Assembly: GCA_003707115.1 (NCBI GenBank) | Contig: PPNB01000015.1 | Coordinates: 1-64,000 of the forward strand | Length of the DNA: 64,000 nt | Source: Tortispora ganteri | Lineage: Eukaryota | Direction: 5' to 3' | Part shown: positions 40,797-51,051 of the stretch, in pieces | How the letters are laid out: every line of letters starts with the position of its first letter | How positions within the stretch are numbered: the stretch's first letter is position 1 | Position numbers and translations under genes: made by a program | Notes under the pieces: model-generated | The model's database searches: none | Seen by the model: only the letters and a program-made list of their open reading frames with translations | What the model was told of the DNA's origin: nothing

Positions 40797-43700
40797 TCAT
40801 AGATTCTCTTGATTGCCATGCAGCAATTTGTAAAATGCAGAATTGGTGTCGCTTAGTAACACTTCCGGCGAATCAAATTCCAACACCCGCCCTTCACCCA
40901 GAACGAGAATACGATCGGAATCCATAATAGTGTTCAGTCTGTGAGCAATAGTCAAAATTGTACGATCGGCAAACTGTGTTCGAATAGTCTGTTGAATTAC
41001 ATGGTCAGTTTCAACATCTACTGCAGCTGTGGCCTCGTCAAGAACTAAAACAGTAGATGGTGTTAAAAGCGCACGGGCAAGCGACAGCAACTGGCGTTGA
41101 CCAACAGAGAAGTTAGACCCACCTTCTGCAACATGTCCGTCTAACCCATCGGGATACTTTTCTTGAATGAACTTTTTCAAGTGCGAAAGCTCTAATGATT
41201 GCCATAGCTTTGCATCGTCGTGACGGCCAAAAGGATCCAAATTCTCGCGAATTGTACCTTCAAACGCCTGGGAATCTTGCGGGATAATCGAGAGTTTTGT
41301 TCGCAGATCTTTCAATCCTATAGTAGAAGTATTCAAATCATCAATAGATATGTAACCAGTAATCGGTTCAATGATTCTAAATAACGCCAGTGTCAACGAA
41401 GATTTGCCGGCCCCCGTTCGTCCTACAATACCAATCTTCTCCTGGGATTTGATAGACAGTGTAATATCCTTAAGCACTGGGTCCAGTCCCTCTCTATATC
41501 GTGTAGAGTAATGCGAAAATTCAATTTCTCCAGTCTCGGGCCATGCCTTTGGAGGGCGATGGTCTGGTATGATCGCCGGCGCTTCAGGCGTAAGATTAGA
41601 GTACTCCAGAATTCTCTCCACAGACACAATATTAGTTTCAACATCCACCGTCATACGAACAATCCAGTTCAAAGACTGAGTTATTTGAAGAGCATAGCTC
41701 AACGAAAGACCTACAAGTCCTGCAGATACATATCCCCGCGAAATACTGACAACTGCTAATAGTGCCGTCAAGAAAATAATGGCAGAGCCTAAAAATTCTA
41801 GTCGAACTGCAAGCCATCTGTTAGCACTGACTGACGGAAAGTATGCCATGAGGTTTCGATCCACCCTAGCTTCATTTGTGTGAGCAAATCGTTTCTCTTG
41901 CTCATATGCTTTAATTGTACTGATGCCTCCTAATGACTCTTGGAAGTGCGCAAATATTGGCGATCTGCTTACAGATTCCAGACGCTTCAATTCCCGCGAA
42001 GTTTGCAGATAGTACCGTTGATAATATATGTACAACGCACCAAGAGGGAAGACGAAAAATAGGAATGCAGGAGTAGCCGCGGAAATAACCCCAAGAGTGA
42101 ACAATACCTTAAAACTGTTGGAAAAAAAGGCGTTAAAGGTGCGTGCTAGCACCTCATCGACCCTGTAAACATCCGAGGAGAACCTGTTCAGAATTCTACC
42201 TACAGGAGTAGTTTCAAAGAAAGACATAGGCGCTCGTAAAACACCTTTAGCCAAATTATTGTGCAGAATAGTGGCCGAACGAACCGTTATTAAGATACAA
42301 AGTATAAGACTTTGCGTAAACGTAGACGCAGATCCACCCAATCCAAGAAGCAGATAGACAATCAAAAAGCGTTTCACGTCAGGATTATAACCTGATACAG
42401 AATTAACTTCAGACCAGTGCTTCAGCCATACATTACCCATGACATTAAAAGACATGGCTAAAGTCAGCAGTATCATATAAATAATAACACCAGTAGAACC
42501 GCATGCCTTAGCGTATTCAATATACACACTCCATTTCACTTTTCCTTTCTGAGAGATTTCTTGAACTTGCTGCGTCCGTTTGTCAATTTTTGCTGTACCG
42601 TTCTTATGAACAGGTTTTCCAAAACTGCTCGTGGAGGCACGTCTAAGTGAAATAAGCGAATTTCTTCGAGTTGAGATGGCTGATGCATCGGCCGAAGGGT
42701 AAACGTGTACACTTTCATCTTCCGTTCCAGTTAGTCTCTCTGTTTCAGTATATGACTCATTAGGAGTTGCACTTCCAGAATTTCTAGGTTGTTCGTGTGT
42801 AAAAGAGTAATCAGTGATAAGTGCCCTAATGTCGCTTTCCGGATTAGACATGGCTTCTGCATATGAACCAGACTCGACTATTCTTCCATTACGCAAAATA
42901 CTGATAGAGTCAGCATATTTGAGCACCTTAATGGAATTGGTGGCCAAAATACGCGTTTTGCTTGCCAGTAGTCCATTAGGACCAAGTACCTTGTCAATAA
43001 GCTTGTTGCCAACCTCTTGATCAACCGCAGACAACACATCGTCAAGAAGATACACGTCGGATCTTGCATATACTGCTCGAGCTAAAGAAACACGAGCCTT
43101 TTGTCCTCCAGAAAGCGAAATACCTTTTTCACCAACTTCTGTCTCATCTCCATCGGGTAAAATAAGGAGGTCTTCGGTAAGGCAGCATGCTTCCAGCGTC
43201 GTGTTATAGAAGTTAGGGTCATATTTTTTTCCAAACAGAATGTTTTCCTTTATAGATCCATTCATAATCCAGGGAACTTGGGCAGCATATGATATGCAGC
43301 CTTTCACAGTTACAGTTCCGTCAGCTTTATGGAGCGATCCTAAGCATGCTTGCAATAAGGAAGATTTTCCTGCACCGACACGACCGATGATGCAGGAAAG
43401 CTGACCTTTACAAGCCGTAAAATTGATATCTGAGAGCACCACTGAATACGTTGGTTCGACTTCCCATAAAAATACTCCATTTTTAATGACAACTGCAGGT
43501 TTGTCCATTTCAGTCTCTTTAGGGAGTCTCAGCACGGCATCTGCTTGAAGCTCCTCTGCAGTTAAAAAATTCCTTAAGCGTTTAAGAGACACAGCAGCTT
43601 CAATTGCAGAGGTCAGAACATTCGGGAATACAGCAAGCGGAAACGAAAGAAGATTGAACAGGGTCAAAGCTGGAAATACTATGTCAGTTGTAAGTGGAAC

Positions 43701-45287
43701 ATCGCTGGTATATACAAAAGCAGCAAATGTGGCGCAAGAGACAATAAAAGGTATAGAACTCCAAATAAAAAGAGTAGTAGCCGTCCATATACCCATTTTC
43801 TTTAAATTTTTCAACTCCTGGTTGTTGCGAATATCAAGTAAGCGACTCAAAAACGAATCTTCCCATGCGTACAATTTGATAGACTTCATGTTTGTAAGGA
43901 TTTCATTGGTGATTCGAGTACGAGCATCTTTGGTTTTCATTTGCTCCTTCTGTAAATTCTTCTGTACTCGCGCAATTAGCGAATTGATTGGAATCATTAT
44001 CACCATAATGGCTACACCAGGCCACATGGCATTTCCGACTAATTTGTAAAGACTATATAGACAAAGTGTTATCTGAAACGGCCCAGACCAAATAATCTGA
44101 CCGTATTGAGTCAAATCTTGCAATCTTTGGGTATCCACAGACATTAAGTTCACGATGTCACCAGTATTTTGTTTTGAGCGCGATTGATTAGATAAAGCCA
44201 ACGATTTTTTGTAGATGGTTGCAGTGAGAGCAGACTTTATGTTCATTCCACACTTGAAAACCAAATGAAAATATTGATGGAGAAATGCTGTTTGTGCGAC
44301 AGAAACAATAAGCATAGCAATTGCAATCATGTAGCCATTGATCATGGGGACTTCATCAGACTTTGATCGTTTCTGAATGAAAATTATCAAATACTTTAAG
44401 AGCTGCGGCTGAGTAAACGACAAAATATCCTGCAGCATTTTATACACGGCGGCGACCACGAAAGGCGAATAAAAGGCTCGTGAGAGGGCCAAGAAAAGTG
44501 AGGGACTCGAACGGTGAAGTTCCTTTCGCCAATATTTGTTGAACTTAGACGAGGCTGTTTCGGCCACATCGTCTCTCGGTAAAGCACTGAGATCCTCTTC
44601 AGTAAGAAATGATTTATAACCTGCGATCATAAGAGGCGTTACCCAGGAGAAGGTGAGACGAGAAAAAATGTCCGCGTACTCAATTGGACTTTGAGGATGT
44701 AAAGAATGATCGAGTGCCAATGACACGCGGTTTGGCCATCGTTTGCGAGCAAAAAGGTTAGCGAGCAACAAAAACGCGTATAAGCTAAACAAAACGAGCG
44801 TGAAAGAGATATCTTTGGAGAAATCCGGTTCACTGCGCTTCACTAGTATAGAGGCAAAACGAAGCAGCTGGAGGCACGCTGCTAGTATATAAAAAAAGAG
44901 CAGCGAACCAGCAGGGACCAATTGCCTTGAATATTCAATATACTGTAAAGGAAGTGCTATTAATACGATTGTCAGCGATAGTAGAAACTGAGACGACGTG
45001 ATAACATCTTTAGTATTCGGAGCAGAGGTTACACCTCTTCGAAGCATTTCGATCCATTGCACGATGGCCACTAAGACAAGAGCGACCAAGCGAACGTAAA
45101 ATATTGCTGAATAACTGGTTCTATTAGACGGTCTATTAAAAAGTCTGATAAATTGACCACCTCCAAACAGGAGAAGGAAGAATGCTAAGGCTCCAGTTAA
45201 GGAGCCATCGATGAAGCATGGGGCAAGGGCAGAGTACCTCGATGACACCGGCCCCCAGCCTTCGTCTGAAAGGCATTCCAGTATCAT
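40797..45287 (-). CDS. YCF1: Vacuolar ABCC (MRP) glutathione-conjugate transporter
   Basis: 1496 aa; TMD0 'C..EGWGP', two NBDs ('GRVGAGKSS', 'LSGGQKAR'; 'GRTGAGKSS', 'FSVGQRQL'), regulatory 'LRRASTSSF'. Confidence 0.95.
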   Translation of the reverse strand: MILECLSDEGWGPVSSRYSALAPCFIDGSLTGALAFFLLLFGGGQFIRLFNRPSNRTSYSAIFYVRLVALVLVAIVQWIEMLRRGVTSAPNTKDVITSSQFLLSLTIVLIALPLQYIEYSRQLVPAGSLLFFYILAACLQLLRFASILVKRSEPDFSKDISFTLVLFSLYAFLLLANLFARKRWPNRVSLALDHSLHPQSPIEYADIFSRLTFSWVTPLMIAGYKSFLTEEDLSALPRDDVAETASSKFNKYWRKELHRSSPSLFLALSRAFYSPFVVAAVYKMLQDILSFTQPQLLKYLIIFIQKRSKSDEVPMINGYMIAIAMLIVSVAQTAFLHQYFHLVFKCGMNIKSALTATIYKKSLALSNQSRSKQNTGDIVNLMSVDTQRLQDLTQYGQIIWSGPFQITLCLYSLYKLVGNAMWPGVAIMVIMIPINSLIARVQKNLQKEQMKTKDARTRITNEILTNMKSIKLYAWEDSFLSRLLDIRNNQELKNLKKMGIWTATTLFIWSSIPFIVSCATFAAFVYTSDVPLTTDIVFPALTLFNLLSFPLAVFPNVLTSAIEAAVSLKRLRNFLTAEELQADAVLRLPKETEMDKPAVVIKNGVFLWEVEPTYSVVLSDINFTACKGQLSCIIGRVGAGKSSLLQACLGSLHKADGTVTVKGCISYAAQVPWIMNGSIKENILFGKKYDPNFYNTTLEACCLTEDLLILPDGDETEVGEKGISLSGGQKARVSLARAVYARSDVYLLDDVLSAVDQEVGNKLIDKVLGPNGLLASKTRILATNSIKVLKYADSISILRNGRIVESGSYAEAMSNPESDIRALITDYSFTHEQPRNSGSATPNESYTETERLTGTEDESVHVYPSADASAISTRRNSLISLRRASTSSFGKPVHKNGTAKIDKRTQQVQEISQKGKVKWSVYIEYAKACGSTGVIIYMILLTLAMSFNVMGNVWLKHWSEVNSVSGYNPDVKRFLIVYLLLGLGGSASTFTQSLILCILITVRSATILHNNLAKGVLRAPMSFFETTPVGRILNRFSSDVYRVDEVLARTFNAFFSNSFKVLFTLGVISAATPAFLFFVFPLGALYIYYQRYYLQTSRELKRLESVSRSPIFAHFQESLGGISTIKAYEQEKRFAHTNEARVDRNLMAYFPSVSANRWLAVRLEFLGSAIIFLTALLAVVSISRGYVSAGLVGLSLSYALQITQSLNWIVRMTVDVETNIVSVERILEYSNLTPEAPAIIPDHRPPKAWPETGEIEFSHYSTRYREGLDPVLKDITLSIKSQEKIGIVGRTGAGKSSLTLALFRIIEPITGYISIDDLNTSTIGLKDLRTKLSIIPQDSQAFEGTIRENLDPFGRHDDAKLWQSLELSHLKKFIQEKYPDGLDGHVAEGGSNFSVGQRQLLSLARALLTPSTVLVLDEATAAVDVETDHVIQQTIRTQFADRTILTIAHRLNTIMDSDRILVLGEGRVLEFDSPEVLLSDTNSAFYKLLHGNQENL

Positions 45288-45352
45288 TATATCTTGTGCC
45301 TATAGCTTAATTTAATAGTAAAATAACCTATAACAGAGACTATAGTACTTAG

Positions 45353-45359
45353 CGGGTAA
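45353..45359. promoter_or_regulatory. Reb1-type site CGGGTAA; others at 15921-27, 53700-07 (TTACCCGG) and 56895-902 (CCGGGTAA)
   Basis: Exact matches to the Reb1 consensus, all in promoter-side intergenic DNA. Confidence 0.55.
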
Positions 45360-45439
45360 AAAACTCGAAAATAAAAAATAACAATCACTTAACACTGTCC
45401 TTAATGCTGCCAGTAGAAGGGTGCTGGTTAAGGTTAGGA

Positions 45440-45446
45440 TTAGTCA
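45440..45446 (-). promoter_or_regulatory. Yap1-type element TGACTAA about 150 bp upstream of YCF1
   Basis: Plus strand ttagtca. YCF1 is a known Yap1 target in S. cerevisiae; function here is inferred. Confidence 0.4.
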
Positions 45447-45788
45447 GCGTTAAGATCGGGTCGAGTACTTTCTTGGACGCTACCTTACAGAGAACTCTTA
45501 AAAACAAAAAGAGCAATAAATAGATATGTAATGTGCTAATTACAAATACACTAGAAGGAGGAGGAATTGGGCTTGTGCTGTACGAGAGAAATACCATCTA
45601 ATGTTCTGGTCAGGGGCGAGCAAGAAGGTTGAGCCGGTCACAACCCTACTTCACTTGTTCGCTAATGACGTACAATATAGCTAAGCTAGAGATTTTTTAA
45701 AAAGTGTCTGATATAATTTTAATTGTATTTTAGGCTATTAGTGAATACAATCCTAATCTCTGGTAATATTGGCGGAACGCAAGGCATT

Positions 45789-45808
45789 CGATGAGCCAGT
45801 GCGATGAG
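45789..45808 (+). promoter_or_regulatory. Two PAC-like elements (CGATGAG, GCGATGAG) upstream of SPT4
   Basis: cgatgagccagtgcgatgag, about 90-105 bp before ATG 45896. Confidence 0.45.
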
Positions 45809-45895
45809 TGCGCAGCTGTAGGGTTGGTTAATGTGACCTCGAATCTTCACCGATCGTCCACTTGCTCTAGCTGCTGCTGATACAATTACCACAGT

Positions 45896-46335
45896 ATGAG
45901 CGGCAAAAACGACAGGGCGTGCATGGTCTGCGGAGTTATACGCAGTTTTGATGTATGTATATTGATTTAGAAGTTTTTTGTACTAATTTTCAGCTTTGCT
46001 AACTGCGTACTTAGGAATTTGCAAAGAACGGTTGCCCGAACTGCGAATCGGTGCTCAACTATGCCGGATCAGAGGATATTATCCAAGACTGCACGAGTCC
46101 ATGTAAGTATACGTGATAGAAGCAGTTAACAGTTATTAACAATATAGCGTTTGAAGGAATAGTAGCTCTCGGTGAGCCGGGCGAGTCATGGGTCGGCAGA
46201 TGGCTGCGCATAGAATCCTTTCAGCCAGGACTGTATGCTGTCAAAGTAAACGGTCGTCTCCCGGAAGATATCGTAGAGGAGCTGGAATCGAAGGGCATTA
46301 CTTACAGGCCTCGTGATGGAAGCTCAATCGATTAA
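45896..46335 (+). CDS. SPT4: Transcription elongation factor Spt4; exons 45896-45952, 46015-46102, 46148-46335
   Basis: Absent from the ORF track. Spliced: [30 protein letters not shown]...DCTSP/SFEGIV...SWVGRWLRI...[12 protein letters not shown]...YRPRDGS. Introns of 62 nt (GTATGT..GCTAAC..TAG) and 45 nt (GTAAGT..ATTAAC..TAG). Confidence 0.95.
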
Positions 46336-46489
46336 TGTGTATGTAAATCTATTATCTAATATGTTTCGACGCCTTTAAGAACCTAGAATCTGACATCAAC
46401 TCTACCTCCCCCCTAGCTCCTCCTGCGAAAGTGTATGGTAAGATTCCACCTTGGCTGTATTGGATGTGATATGTAGTAGCTGATTTCAA

Positions 46490-47341
46490 ATGCTTCGCGT
46501 TGTATGTTTTCAAACTAACCCGATGCTGGGCGAAACCCTCCAGAATGTATTCAACGCATCCAAGCTGCTCGGCAGCCTGCAAGCCCGATCGCGGTCTTTG
46601 CCGCCCGCCGCCAGCACGCTAACAGTATTCCCCGAGATGGCGTTCACTGGCTACAATTTTTCCGAAGAAGGGTTGCACTCTGTAATTAAAAAAGAGGCCG
46701 GGGTTAGTCGAGAATGGGCTTTGAATGCCGCGAGAAGTTCAGGTATCCATTGCGTTCTTGGATACCCGGAACAATGCGGCCACAACAGGTACAACTCGGC
46801 TATATGGGCTGGCCCCGATGGTCTTGTTCATAACTATCGTAAGCACCATCTATACAGCGTAGATGAGGAATTAGGATACAAGGAAGGGCCTGGATTCAGT
46901 AAGTTCACCGTTAACTTGTGCGGCAAGGATATAATTGCTGCTATTGGCATCTGTATGGACCTCAACCCTTATAGGTTTGAAGCCAATTTTTCGGAATATG
47001 AATTTGGACGTTTTGTCGTTCAAAACGACGCGGATCTCGTAGTCATACCCTGTGCATGGATGGCAGTCCCGCCTGAAGAAGCTGATCCCGTCGAACGAAT
47101 GATTGCTTATTGGGTGGCTCGCCTTACTCCTTTGGTAAATGACTCAAAGGAGAGAGTTGTAATCATCTGCAATAGAGTCGGGAAAGAATTGAACTGTACA
47201 TATGGCGGCTCGTCCTGTGTGCTTGTTCTCGGTGGAGCAAAAAAAGCACAGCTGGTAAGAGCAGCTTCATATGTGTCCGAAGATGTATTGATTGTAGATC
47301 TGTCAATACAAAATGATCAAATTAAAGTCTCTGTGCCCTGA
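46490..47341 (+). CDS. NTA1: Protein N-terminal amidase (nitrilase fold)
   Basis: Triad motifs 'FPEMAFTGYNF', 'YRKHHLY', 'GICMDLNPY.F'. Confidence 0.9.
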   Translation: MLRVVCFQTNPMLGETLQNVFNASKLLGSLQARSRSLPPAASTLTVFPEMAFTGYNFSEEGLHSVIKKEAGVSREWALNAARSSGIHCVLGYPEQCGHNRYNSAIWAGPDGLVHNYRKHHLYSVDEELGYKEGPGFSKFTVNLCGKDIIAAIGICMDLNPYRFEANFSEYEFGRFVVQNDADLVVIPCAWMAVPPEEADPVERMIAYWVARLTPLVNDSKERVVIICNRVGKELNCTYGGSSCVLVLGGAKKAQLVRAASYVSEDVLIVDLSIQNDQIKVSVP

Positions 47342-47441
47342 ATGTTTCATGCTTATTCTTTACAGTATAGTTATTTTACCTGATATATAGAAACTAATAA
47401 TTGACTTAAATTAACTATGTGCTCTCGCCCCCAGGAATAAC

Positions 47442-48308
47442 TCATTGCGTTCCAGTACCTACTCTCTTAATTCCAGCCTGCTGGCATGTCCTCTTCCAAA
47501 GCTCGGCCTCCCTATATGCCTGTTCGAGCCTGTTTTTGAGCGTCTCATTGCTGTGGCTGAGTTCAGCAATAGTCTGTTCCGCCGTAAGCTTCTCCACGGT
47601 CCATTTCTCGAAATTGGCATGCTCATTCTCTTTCAATTCTTGAATATATTCAGCTGCTTTGGCTAGAATAGCTCCTTTACTCTTATCACAATGAGGAATC
47701 AATTTGGCGAGCTTTTCAATGCCGTTAGAAATAGTCTCTCTCCTGCGTCTTTCCACCTCCTTGTGACAGTCTTTGCGTTGTCGCTGCCAGTCTGTAGACA
47801 CTGCTGTGTGGGCCTGCTGCTGTTTGATTCCGCCGTTGGCCTGCTCTAGCATTTTTTCATTTCCAATCGCTATTGGCTGATTTGGTCCTTGATTAGAAGC
47901 AAGATGATAGGAAAACAAAGATGTACTTTCTGAGTTTCCTTGATGATCGGCGCCAAATTGTCCAGGGGCGTATACATGTTCAGGTCCATGCGCCACGTGC
48001 GGTGCAGATCCATTCCCTGCATTGACAACAGAATCGCCTGCTATATTCTGGTCATGGTACGATGAAACAACAGGCGCCAAATCAATGTACGTTTGTTCAT
48101 TGACTTCTTCGTCACGTGCAGAGGTGTTCCCGTGACTTTCCGCAGTATTGCCGTCCGTTTTCGCCCTTTTGGCCTGCCTTTCGCCAGCATTATCGGCATT
48201 CGACAAGGCGGCCTTCAGCATCGATGCAGCAGTCGCATCATCTGTAGTGGTGGTAGAATTCTCTTGGTTTGTTTCTACAACGACTTCGCGCTTTGATTTC
48301 GGAGGCAT
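47442..48308 (-). CDS. CBF1: bHLH-zipper factor Cbf1
   Basis: 'RKDCHKEVERRRRETISNGI..L...IP...KGAIL..AAEYIQELKENE..NFEKWTVEKL'. Confidence 0.93.
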   Translation of the reverse strand: MPPKSKREVVVETNQENSTTTTDDATAASMLKAALSNADNAGERQAKRAKTDGNTAESHGNTSARDEEVNEQTYIDLAPVVSSYHDQNIAGDSVVNAGNGSAPHVAHGPEHVYAPGQFGADHQGNSESTSLFSYHLASNQGPNQPIAIGNEKMLEQANGGIKQQQAHTAVSTDWQRQRKDCHKEVERRRRETISNGIEKLAKLIPHCDKSKGAILAKAAEYIQELKENEHANFEKWTVEKLTAEQTIAELSHSNETLKNRLEQAYREAELWKRTCQQAGIKRVGTGTQ

Positions 48309-48535
48309 TATAGATCTGCCTTTCGCCTATGCAAAACCACGTGATTGTTGTTATGTTTTGCGCTTCGTTCGGCAGGCAAATTCAATGTATATGCGTTGTC
48401 ATAGTAACGTTGTCCGACTAGTGGTTTCCTTGGACTGCATGCAAAATATGAATCTACTGAATTGTAGATGATCCGGCTAATTAGCTAACGGGATTTGCAT
48501 ATCTTGTAAGAGTTGTCTCTACCTGCAGTGCACAA

Positions 48536-48925
48536 ATGTCGCTAATCGCTGTGGGTATCGATCAGGTGAGCGTCAGGCGCGTGTCCGACATGATCAATAG
48601 GCTCGGACTTGAAAAGGTAGCCAAACGGATTTTGCATCCAGAAGAAATGACTCTTCTCAAAGACGCTGGACCTAGCAGACAGGCCGAAATAATAGCAGGA
48701 TCTTGGTCTATTAAAGAATCAGTATATAAAACATTAAACTCCGAGGATCAGCTTGGGTTCACGTTCAATCACTGGCTTCGATCGTACGTCTGCAAGAAGC
48801 CCACGATTTTCAGGAAAGAGTATGCTTACAAATACCCCAATGAGCAATTCATGGTATCAATGACACATGAGGATGACCGCATAACGTCTATAGTTATGAG
48901 AGTTGTGGCAAATAGCCCAAAATGA
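48536..48925 (+). CDS. PPT2: Mitochondrial holo-ACP synthase (AcpS-type phosphopantetheinyl transferase)
   Basis: 'VGIDQV', 'RILHPEE', 'AGSWSIKESVYK', 'VSMTHE'. Confidence 0.85.
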   Translation: MSLIAVGIDQVSVRRVSDMINRLGLEKVAKRILHPEEMTLLKDAGPSRQAEIIAGSWSIKESVYKTLNSEDQLGFTFNHWLRSYVCKKPTIFRKEYAYKYPNEQFMVSMTHEDDRITSIVMRVVANSPK

Positions 48926-49027
48926 AGAAACCTGATATCTCACTTCATACGCTGGGTAACATACAAGGGGTACCATTGTATCACCTTAATCGCACCTCGA
49001 CTAATCATTCGATTTTTCCTGTGAACC

Positions 49028-49858
49028 ATGTGGACTAGAATTACCACCATTAAGCTACCAAAAGTTGCTGTTCTCTCAGCTGCAATCTTTGGAGGATGCA
49101 CATTATATAGAAATAACCGTCCAATTACACTTGATACGAAAATATTGCTGCCTGATGACCCTGTCAAGCCCCCAACCTCCGTCCCAGACTTCCAAAGATC
49201 GATTGTAGTATGCGGGAAGATATTCGATATGTTTGCTATAGGCGTTCGAACTGTCTCTATTTTTAACATGCATGTGTATGGGCTGGGGTTGTACGCCTCC
49301 CGAGACCACTCGCATGTTTTGAAGGCTATCCTGAACGGTGCCGCCGAGAAGTACAACGCGACTACTCCTACGGAACTGGAAGCCGCATTGCGAGACAAAT
49401 CTAAGGGTAAAGAGATAATAAACGAATTCTTTGGGTACCCGAGACCAGACGATCAAATACCGCTAGTGTTGCGAATAGTGACGGCCAGAAACACCGATTT
49501 TGGACACTTACGTGATGGTTTCGTTCGCGCAGTCCTTGCACATCCGTACGCTAAGTCGTTACTAGAAATGGAGAACGAGCGAGGTGAAGCGTTTGCTCAA
49601 GGCATTGAAGATTTGCGCAAAGCGTTTGGACGAAAAGTGTCCGTACCTAAACACAAGGAACTGCTCCTGTACAGGAGATCGAACGGGGAACTTGATATAT
49701 TTGCTGAGATCGGCGACACAAAGGAACAGATCGGTACTGTACACAATTCTGAAGTCTCGCAGTTTTTATTTCAGCAATATATGAACCCGGAAAAGCCCTC
49801 CTCACCCACTGCATACAATGATATGTGCCGAAACTTTGCTCAAATGATCGCTAAGTGA
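49028..49858 (+). CDS. AIM18: Mitochondrial chalcone-isomerase-like protein, Aim18/Aim46 family
   Basis: Presequence-like N-terminus, 'IGVRTVSIF...VYGLGLY', 'RNTDFGHLRDGF', 'LFQQY....PSSP'. Aim18 vs Aim46 not resolved. Confidence 0.8.
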   Translation: MWTRITTIKLPKVAVLSAAIFGGCTLYRNNRPITLDTKILLPDDPVKPPTSVPDFQRSIVVCGKIFDMFAIGVRTVSIFNMHVYGLGLYASRDHSHVLKAILNGAAEKYNATTPTELEAALRDKSKGKEIINEFFGYPRPDDQIPLVLRIVTARNTDFGHLRDGFVRAVLAHPYAKSLLEMENERGEAFAQGIEDLRKAFGRKVSVPKHKELLLYRRSNGELDIFAEIGDTKEQIGTVHNSEVSQFLFQQYMNPEKPSSPTAYNDMCRNFAQMIAK

Positions 49859-49920
49859 CGTTTGTAGAGCTTTTTTTATATGTATAGCTAAATTTGCAAA
49901 TATATCATCATTACTCATAA

Positions 49921-51051
49921 CTAATCAGACCAAACCTCTTTAACAAACCGGTCCATTTTTACGTTCTTAGAGGACTGACCCACTATCCAAGGATGTTTTA
50001 GCATCTGTCTTGGACTGGCTCTCTTCTTAGGGTCTTTTTCTAGGCAGGATCTGAGAAAATGTCGGAACGACTGAGACCATACAATGCCTTCACTTTCTTC
50101 ATCCTTCAGCTCTGGCGGAGGCATAGTGACTATGTACGAAAGCAGCTCTATTGGCATTAGCGGAGCTTCTCCTTCTGGCGGGAAGGGAAACCGGTGCTGA
50201 GCAACTTCCATAATGGTGAGACCAAGCGACCATACATCACACGTCACTTTATAGGGCTGGCCCTGTATACGTTCCGGAGCCATGTAGTAGGATGTGCCCG
50301 TAAATGTAGTGGCAAGAGAGTTCACAACCTCTCCGGAGACACCAAAATCGCAAAGCTTGACCTTGCCGGTGTCATCGAGTAATATGTTTTGAGGTTTTAT
50401 GTCGCGATGAATGATATGGCGTTCATGGAGATATGACAATCCCTTTAATACACCTTCGGCGACTTTTCCGAGGACTTTTTCGCCGATTCGGCCGCCTCTG
50501 CTTTTAACACGTTTATATATGGAGTCTAGGGAGCCGCCGCCGCAGAATTCAATAACGATCTGGATCGTAGCAGTTGGCTCATGCAGGTACATTCCAAAGT
50601 ACTGGCAAATATGCTCTGAATGACAAGACCGGTTGAATTCCAGTTCGCGTAAGATTTGCCGCTGGATTTCTGGATTCGGGTTCGTACTGATAGACTTGAG
50701 CGCGAACACAGTCTGCGGGCCTTTGCGCAACCGACACTTTGTGACGCTTCCACCGGAACCTTCGCCAAGGCTACCTAGTTCTATTACATCTCCGTTAGTT
50801 GCTAAAGCCTGCCACGTACGCTCATCGATCTCCGATATGTCTTTAATGTGATCGAGGTCTATAGGATTAAATTCGGAGGTCGTGGCTATAACAGGTGTCT
50901 TTATGGCTGCTCTCAAGTCGTCAAAGTTGTCCAAAGCAGAGCCCGCGCCAGTCTGCATTCCTGTATCTGTAGAAATGGGGTTCTGATACGAAGGCGGCTT
51001 GGCCGGGGGTAGTACGGGGATGCTCAACTTCAACTGCGTTTTAGGGGGCAT
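49921..51051 (-). CDS. MKK1: Cell-wall-integrity MAP kinase kinase Mkk1/2
   Basis: Docking motif 'KTQLKLSIP', 'LGEGSGGSV', 'HRDIKPQN', '[28 protein letters not shown]'. Confidence 0.93.
   Translation of the reverse strand: MPPKTQLKLSIPVLPPAKPPSYQNPISTDTGMQTGAGSALDNFDDLRAAIKTPVIATTSEFNPIDLDHIKDISEIDERTWQALATNGDVIELGSLGEGSGGSVTKCRLRKGPQTVFALKSISTNPNPEIQRQILRELEFNRSCHSEHICQYFGMYLHEPTATIQIVIEFCGGGSLDSIYKRVKSRGGRIGEKVLGKVAEGVLKGLSYLHERHIIHRDIKPQNILLDDTGKVKLCDFGVSGEVVNSLATTFTGTSYYMAPERIQGQPYKVTCDVWSLGLTIMEVAQHRFPFPPEGEAPLMPIELLSYIVTMPPPELKDEESEGIVWSQSFRHFLRSCLEKDPKKRASPRQMLKHPWIVGQSSKNVKMDRFVKEVWSD

Noticed and set aside
45421..45450. GGTTAAGGTTAGGATTAGTCAG resembling a Yarrowia-type telomere repeat
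   Set aside because: Single degenerate copy, better explained as a Yap1-type element in the YCF1 promoter.
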